From positions 672,001-736,000 of the forward strand of contig OY969554.1 of NCBI GenBank assembly GCA_963700985.1: 64,000 nt of DNA, written 5' to 3'. Positions 58,660 through 64,000 of the stretch are shown piece after piece. Positions within the stretch are counted from its first letter, which is position 1; each line of letters opens with the position of its first letter. The notes under the pieces were generated by a model that was not told the DNA's origin, did not search any database, and worked only from the letters and a program-made list of their open reading frames with translations. The translations under genes were made by a program, and so were the position numbers. The stretch comes from an uncultured Chlamydiales bacterium. Lineage in GTDB: Bacteria; Chlamydiota; Chlamydiia; Chlamydiales; Rhabdochlamydiaceae.

Positions 58660-58938
58660 CTAGTATTTAACGTTGAATTTGCTACGGGCGAGAGTCAGGA
58701 TCGATTTGACCGCTTCTTCAGCATCATCACCCTCGGCTTCGATCTGAATTTTGGCGCCACGTGCAGCCGCAAGCATCAAAATCCCTAAAAGAGACTTGGC
58801 GTTCACGCTCATATCTTGATAACAGAGCGTAACTTGAGATTTAAAAGAAGCAGCACATTTTACAAGCTCCGTCGAAGGACGGGTATGTAGACCTTTTTCA
58901 TTGACGACGACAAAGTAGTCTTTGAATTTCCGAGCCAT
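58660..58938 (-). CDS. ptsH: HPr phosphocarrier protein
   Basis: GLHTRP, NAKSLLGILML. Confidence 0.93.
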   Translation of the reverse strand: MARKFKDYFVVVNEKGLHTRPSTELVKCAASFKSQVTLCYQDMSVNAKSLLGILMLAAARGAKIQIEAEGDDAEEAVKSILTLARSKFNVKY

Positions 58939-59074
58939 AGCTTATGTGTCCGCTTTGCGGTTTTAGAAGAAGGTGGTCTTTCCAAGCCAAGCGACTCGTA
59001 CAACCACCCCTTTATAGAATGAAATACTTCGCGGAGAGCATTTCCAGCAATACTTTTTTACGCCAATGCCTCTT

Positions 59075-60925
59075 TTATTTGCTCAGCAGCTGCTCGAGCT
59101 CTGTAACTAATGCATCAAAATGACGAATAGTCGCCTCGACTGCATCCGGCTTGCGCATATCCACACCGGCTATTTCAAGCAGGTCAAGCGGATAACGACT
59201 TCCACCTGATGAAAGGAAGCGCAGGTAACGCTCGCGCGTTTCGTCACCCTCTTTAAGAACTTTTTCACATAGTGCATGCGCCGCGCTAATGCCTGTGGCA
59301 TACTGATAAACGTAGAAGTTGTAGTAAAAGTGCGGGATTCTGGCCCATTCGATATCAATTTCTTCATCACAGACAACATTCTCACCAAAATATTCTGTGT
59401 TCAACTTACGGTATTCGCTTTTCAAAAGCGCAGGCGTGATCGGTACATTTTTCTCAGCCCACTCATGCAGGCGCAGTTCAAATTCAGCAAACATGGTCTG
59501 TCTAAAGAATGTGCCGCGAATATCCTCAATCTTCTGATTAATCAGAAAAGCGCGCAGATTTTTATCTTTGGTTTTAGCCAGCAGATCATGCACCAGAAGC
59601 TCTTCATTGAAAGTTGAAGCGACTTCCGCCACAAAGATCGGATATTGCGAATCTTGATATGGCTGATGCTTGCAGCTGTAAAGTGAATGCATGCTATGCC
59701 CGGCCTCATGCGCCAAGGTTGTGAAGTCGTTAAATGCACCCTGATAATTCATCAAAATAAAGGGCATACTATCATAGCTACCGCTTGAGTAAGCTCCCGA
59801 GCGCTTGCGTAAGTTTTCAAACTTATCCACCCATCTGTCGCGCTTCAATCCATTTTCCAGAGCTTTTTGATACTCAGCGCCCAATGGCTTAACCGACTGC
59901 ACAATCTGATCTACCGCATCTGGATAGCTAATAGAAAAAGAGAAATCTGGCACAAGCGGAACCTGCAGATCATAAAAATGCAGTTCATCATATTTGAGCA
60001 GCCGTTTGCGCAGAGCCATATAACGATGCAGCGAGCCTAAATTATTACGCACGGCCTCAATTAGTGACGTGTAGACTTTTGTATCGACTTGGTGTGGAAA
60101 AAGCGCCGCATCTAAACAAGAATCATATTTGCGTGCGCGCATGTTGAAAATATGCTTCTGAACTTGGCCGTTGATCAGCTCGCAAATCGTATTCTCATAT
60201 TGCTTATAGCCCTGGAGCATGGCGTGAAAAGCTTCTTTACGCAGCTTGCGATCACTACCACGCAAGTAAACCAGATACTTACCATGTGTCAGTTCCCATT
60301 TCTTGCCTTGGCTATCTTCGACTGCCGGAAATTTTAAATCTGCATTGTTGAACGCGCTAAATGCCTTGGCCGATGACTCAAGCGCATTTCCTGCAATCGC
60401 CAGGAGCTCTTCTTTTTCGGCTGAAAGCGTGTGCGGTTTCATGCGAATGATTTTTTCGAGATAGATGTGATAATCTTTCAGTGCAGGGGCCTTAAGATAC
60501 TGATTGAGTGTCGCCTCAGGCAGCGCCAAAATCTCTGGCTCGATCCACGACGTCTCCTGTCTTAAATCAAAGAGCAGTGATGAGATGCGTGAATGCGCTT
60601 TTTTATACTTATCTTCAGCCACATCCTCGTCATGACGCAGGTGTGAATAGACGTAGACATTCGAAAGCGCCCTTTCTATTTGAAAGAAAACGTCGAAGAG
60701 ATTGCGCAAGGTCTCAGGGCCATCAGCCAACTGCCCCTTGAAAGCGGCGATCTCTGGCCAATGCAGACCCTTGCTATCTTCTCTCCCCCACTTCTTCATA
60801 TCCTGTTCCCAAGCATCTGCGTTGGCATAAAGAGCCTCCACATTCCAGCGATCGGCCGGGGCGATCTCTTCTCGAGTAACAGTTTTTTTCTCTTCCGCAA
60901 AAGGTGTTTGAATCATAGCCGCCAT
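59075..60925 (-). CDS. pepF: Oligoendopeptidase F (M3B)
   Basis: KRSGAYS, TLAHEAGHSMH, AEVASTFNE, WARIPHFY. Confidence 0.96.
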   Translation of the reverse strand: MAAMIQTPFAEEKKTVTREEIAPADRWNVEALYANADAWEQDMKKWGREDSKGLHWPEIAAFKGQLADGPETLRNLFDVFFQIERALSNVYVYSHLRHDEDVAEDKYKKAHSRISSLLFDLRQETSWIEPEILALPEATLNQYLKAPALKDYHIYLEKIIRMKPHTLSAEKEELLAIAGNALESSAKAFSAFNNADLKFPAVEDSQGKKWELTHGKYLVYLRGSDRKLRKEAFHAMLQGYKQYENTICELINGQVQKHIFNMRARKYDSCLDAALFPHQVDTKVYTSLIEAVRNNLGSLHRYMALRKRLLKYDELHFYDLQVPLVPDFSFSISYPDAVDQIVQSVKPLGAEYQKALENGLKRDRWVDKFENLRKRSGAYSSGSYDSMPFILMNYQGAFNDFTTLAHEAGHSMHSLYSCKHQPYQDSQYPIFVAEVASTFNEELLVHDLLAKTKDKNLRAFLINQKIEDIRGTFFRQTMFAEFELRLHEWAEKNVPITPALLKSEYRKLNTEYFGENVVCDEEIDIEWARIPHFYYNFYVYQYATGISAAHALCEKVLKEGDETRERYLRFLSSGGSRYPLDLLEIAGVDMRKPDAVEATIRHFDALVTELEQLLSK

Positions 60926-61174
60926 ATAAACCCAATTTATTCATGTATGTTAGAAGCTAGATAATCTATTCGTCCGATCTTTGTAAAGTCAAGATTTGAT
61001 CGCTTTACAGGATTAGAACCAAGAACCTTACCCATTTTGATATCCCCTAAATTAGCATTATTGCCTCAGATTTCATCAAAAAACAGCATTAAGGCCTTTG
61101 CTTTGTGAGGATCGATGTTGCGCGAAAAAATGTAAATGACTTACAATTTATGCTTCTTGTAACGTAAAGTAAGC

Positions 61175-61489
61175 ATGAAAAGGCCCCATAAAATTCCTGA
61201 GGTGTTAAAAAAGGCGAGAGAGTGTCTTGACTCGGGTCGTTATCAGGATACTTCCCATGCGATGCAAAGAAAACTTCAGCGTAAAATTAGCTTGCCGCAT
61301 GTTCTATATGTGATAAGAAATGGCTACCATGAGAAAAGGAAAGACGAATACAAGCTTGAATATAATGATTGGACGTATGCCATCAGAGGGCGGACCATCG
61401 ATGGCCAAGACATACGAATTGCTATTGCTTTCGATAAAGATGGCATGCTAATTATCACAGTAATTGTGATTACTAAAGGATCTGAGTAG
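61175..61489 (+). CDS. DUF4258-family putative toxin
   Basis: TSHAMQR, WTYAIRG, IRIAIAF..MLIITVI; directly upstream of an HTH gene. Confidence 0.75.
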   Translation: MKRPHKIPEVLKKARECLDSGRYQDTSHAMQRKLQRKISLPHVLYVIRNGYHEKRKDEYKLEYNDWTYAIRGRTIDGQDIRIAIAFDKDGMLIITVIVITKGSE

Positions 61490-61491
61490 AT

Positions 61492-61986
61492 ATGGAAACA
61501 AAAAAAGCAAAAAAATTTATCTATGAAGGATTGGGTTTTCCCATTGTCTTAGTGAATGTACCTCTAGTTAAAAAACGAGGCATTTGGACCCCTGCCATTG
61601 ATTACAACAAACTCCAAAAGCAAGTTCTATTGGCTTTAAGCCATAAGCCAGTTTCTCTCACAGGAAATGAGGTTCACTTCATTCGCGCTTATTTCGAAAT
61701 GACCCTTGAGAATTTTGGTAAACAGTTCGGGATCACCCACGCAGCCGTTTTAAATTGGGAAAAAGCCAGAAACAAAGCAGCAAAAATCAACCCAACAACA
61801 GAATTATGCATCCGCCTGTTGATCCTCGAAAAACTTAAAATCAGCAATCAAATTTTCCGTGATGCATTCAGAGAATTTGACATGCAGGGCATTGCAAAAG
61901 AACATAAAACTGTGAGCTTGAAGACTATGAGGCCTCTAGCTTTGTCAGGATTGCATATTGCAAAACGCCCAAGTGTACGGGCTTAG
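61492..61986 (+). CDS. XRE-HTH putative antitoxin (MqsA/YgiT-like, without Zn-binding Cys)
   Basis: LVNVP, LTGNEVHFIR..MTLENFGKQFGITHAAVLNWE. Confidence 0.75.
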   Translation: METKKAKKFIYEGLGFPIVLVNVPLVKKRGIWTPAIDYNKLQKQVLLALSHKPVSLTGNEVHFIRAYFEMTLENFGKQFGITHAAVLNWEKARNKAAKINPTTELCIRLLILEKLKISNQIFRDAFREFDMQGIAKEHKTVSLKTMRPLALSGLHIAKRPSVRA

Positions 61987-61989
61987 AAA

Positions 61990-63402
61990 TTAATTCAGGC
62001 TGAAACAAGCGCGGAAAAACTGTGAAATCCATGAGCAGAAAGCGCTTAGGCACTCCATCAGACAATTCAGCATAGATTGAAGGCAACCAGACTCTTCTGC
62101 TAAAACTGGGAAGATGAAATGGGCTACAGGGCCAGCTTTGGGTGGTATTAAGATTTGTTCCGGTGGAGTTTGGTTAAAGTCTATTCGAATGAGTTTTAGT
62201 TTAATTGAATTTTTTTCTTCAATAGTAAGAACTCCATCAAAAAACTGAAAGTTGCTGAATTCAAAATTAGTTGCAGCACTAGCTAATCTACGTCGTGCTT
62301 TGGTTACGAGATCAAAACAATCTACAGCTTGCGCTGAACAGTGTAAGACGGTGTTTCCGAATGATATAAGATTCGAACAATTCGTATCCAACGAGATCGG
62401 GGTCTTAATGAAATCAACAGGTTTCTCAGCAAACCTCAATCTATCGCGAAGTTCCAAGACAAAACTTTCTTTGTTCTTTATTGCCCACCCCCTTGCCGTT
62501 CGCACAAGAGACGTACAATCTATGTATTGAGGAAGACTCTCTTCTAATTTTAAAGTTTGAAGATTAAAAACTCTAACACCTGGAAAATCTTCATCCATAA
62601 TAGTTACAACCACCATGCCATCTTGGCCAAAAACTGATCTCTCCTCATTTTTTGATCCCGTGGGTGGAAATGGAATTTGTTTCTCTAATTTTAAGGTGTG
62701 AAGATCCAAGACTTCAAGTATCGAGACATGCTTATCTGGACTGATGTCGTGAATTTCAGCAAAAAACCTAGGCGCATGGATTATTTTATCATCAATAATT
62801 CTTACCTCAGTGGCTTTTGGTAATTCTCTAATTTTTGCGGTTTTATTCGCTTTAAAATCCCAAACGCAAAGATTCATCCCCTTATCACCGAATTTGTCAT
62901 CAACTGGATCAAGCTTCATTACGACTCGATCATGTGCGATCCCTACATACTCATGTCTAGGATTCCTTTCTTCTGTTGGTGAGAGCTTGCTAAACCAGAG
63001 TCGAGCTCCAGCACAATCCAACGTTTTAATTACGGCACGCGTTCTAGAATCCCTTACATCAATCGAAGTATCACGAACTGTGATAAATACATTTACCTGC
63101 TGCTTGGAATAGTAATTACACTCTCCAGCTTCCAAAGATGTTTCATGCCTTTGCCATGCTCCTGCACGCATTAAGTTCGCTTGTATTTTTTCAAAATGAG
63201 CAGTGTAACGTGCTCTTAGGGTTTCTAATGGAAGTTGAGGTACAGAAGGTAGAAAGCTTCGACGAATCCGTTCCCATAAAACAGTCTCAGCCACTAGCCG
63301 GAAACGTTTGGAAACTTGGGTACATGTGAGGAGTTCATCTCTCTTTAAATAAGATAAAGAAGCACCCCAGAGATCATTCGACGCCTTGTCTACCACTGAC
63401 AT
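61990..63402 (-). CDS. F-box-like protein with beta-propeller-like body and Cys-rich amphipathic tail
   Basis: DLWGASLSYLKRDELLTCTQVSKRFRLVAE..LW; VWDF and VFNL strands; GGAGG before ATG 63402. Confidence 0.75.
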   Translation of the reverse strand: MSVVDKASNDLWGASLSYLKRDELLTCTQVSKRFRLVAETVLWERIRRSFLPSVPQLPLETLRARYTAHFEKIQANLMRAGAWQRHETSLEAGECNYYSKQQVNVFITVRDTSIDVRDSRTRAVIKTLDCAGARLWFSKLSPTEERNPRHEYVGIAHDRVVMKLDPVDDKFGDKGMNLCVWDFKANKTAKIRELPKATEVRIIDDKIIHAPRFFAEIHDISPDKHVSILEVLDLHTLKLEKQIPFPPTGSKNEERSVFGQDGMVVVTIMDEDFPGVRVFNLQTLKLEESLPQYIDCTSLVRTARGWAIKNKESFVLELRDRLRFAEKPVDFIKTPISLDTNCSNLISFGNTVLHCSAQAVDCFDLVTKARRRLASAATNFEFSNFQFFDGVLTIEEKNSIKLKLIRIDFNQTPPEQILIPPKAGPVAHFIFPVLAEESGCLQSMLNCLMECLSAFCSWISQFFRACFSLN

Positions 63403-63535
63403 AATAACCTCCAATTTTTAAGGATAATTTAATAGTTCGAACAATTTCAGAGATAGATATTAAAAACTTTAAAAAGCGAAAGGCTAGGTTTTAAAACAAC
63501 GCTTAGGGAATAATGCCCTTCAATTCGGAGGAATC

Positions 63536-64000
63536 TTGTTTAAGCGGTTATTGTTTGTGATTGGGATTGTTTTACCACTGAGTCTTTCGGCTACGCTTCC
63601 AATGCGCAACACTCCTAAAGCTAGCTTGAGTGAGATCGCTGCATCTTTAAGCCCAGGCGAGGTGGCACATATCACTTATCTTCCTGCCGAAAGCCAGCAC
63701 TGGCGCTTGTTAGAACTTGTGTCACATGAAGGTAAGCCAGCCTCCGTCGCAACGATTAAAGAATATCGAGAAGAGATCGAGCGCTTAGGACTCACCATTG
63801 TGTCGGCTGAGCTTACGCACAGCTTTGCATTTTACGAGAGCCAAGAAAAGCTGATTCAAGAGATTCGCAACAATCCTCTAATCTGGCCAGTTAAGTTAAG
63901 CGATGCACAAATAGAAGCTCTCGCCGAGATGGCTGCACGCTACTCACTAACAAATATCCGAGAGGGAGCAGTGAATTTCCCTTACACGCTGATCAAACTA
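63536..64000 (+). CDS. Partial CDS running off the window; exported hypothetical protein
   Basis: GGAGG then TTG; MFKRLLFVIGIVLPLSLSA signal peptide; frame open to 64000. Confidence 0.65.
   Translation, partial: MFKRLLFVIGIVLPLSLSATLPMRNTPKASLSEIAASLSPGEVAHITYLPAESQHWRLLELVSHEGKPASVATIKEYREEIERLGLTIVSAELTHSFAFYESQEKLIQEIRNNPLIWPVKLSDAQIEALAEMAARYSLTNIREGAVNFPYTLIKL

Noticed and set aside
58965-59015. Hairpin upstream of ptsH as tRNA or riboswitch
   Set aside because: No cloverleaf, T-loop or recognisable aptamer; probably a simple UTR or terminator stem
61990-62007. CaaX box on F-box protein 2 (CFSLN)
   Set aside because: Cys is at -5, not -4, so it is not a canonical CaaX
63536-64000. Faint similarity of the partial ORF to the C-terminal half of class I methyltransferases (LSPGE)
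   Set aside because: No SAM-binding glycine motif, and the gene is cut by the window edge

Overview
This window looks like part of an environmental Chlamydiota chromosome (Parachlamydiales/Simkania/Rhabdochlamydia-like). The evidence is gene order recalled from Chlamydia (acpP-fabG-fabD-fabH-recR-bamA-skp-lpxD...pdhABC; dnaQ-msbA-accA-hyp-ihf; acpS-trxB) together with eukaryote-like proteins. Most of it is housekeeping. The most striking part is an accessory island of about 9 kb between lpxD and pdhC (36.2-45.5 kb) whose proteins appear to carry eukaryotic addressing or modification signals. It holds two paralogous MORN-repeat proteins that both end in CaaX prenylation boxes (CVIL, CVIV) and share a duplicated promoter with an 18-bp palindrome. 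It also holds a small protein with a mitochondrial-presequence-like N-terminus and a Cys-rich tail, a 1080-aa fusion of a PARP-like ADP-ribosyltransferase with Sel1 repeats bracketed by identical hairpins, and an archaeal/eukaryotic-type (type II) methionine aminopeptidase. Elsewhere there are two F-box proteins, a GT90/CAP10 glycosyltransferase and a sphingomyelinase-like EEP lipoprotein. There are also two families of dispersed palindromic intergenic elements (two copies each), a probable ATT-start gene, an L,D-transpeptidase-like protein lacking its catalytic Cys, a DUF4258/HTH toxin-antitoxin-like pair and two gene remnants. I found no rRNA, tRNA or CRISPR array. All calls are by-eye motif recognition; no searches were run.
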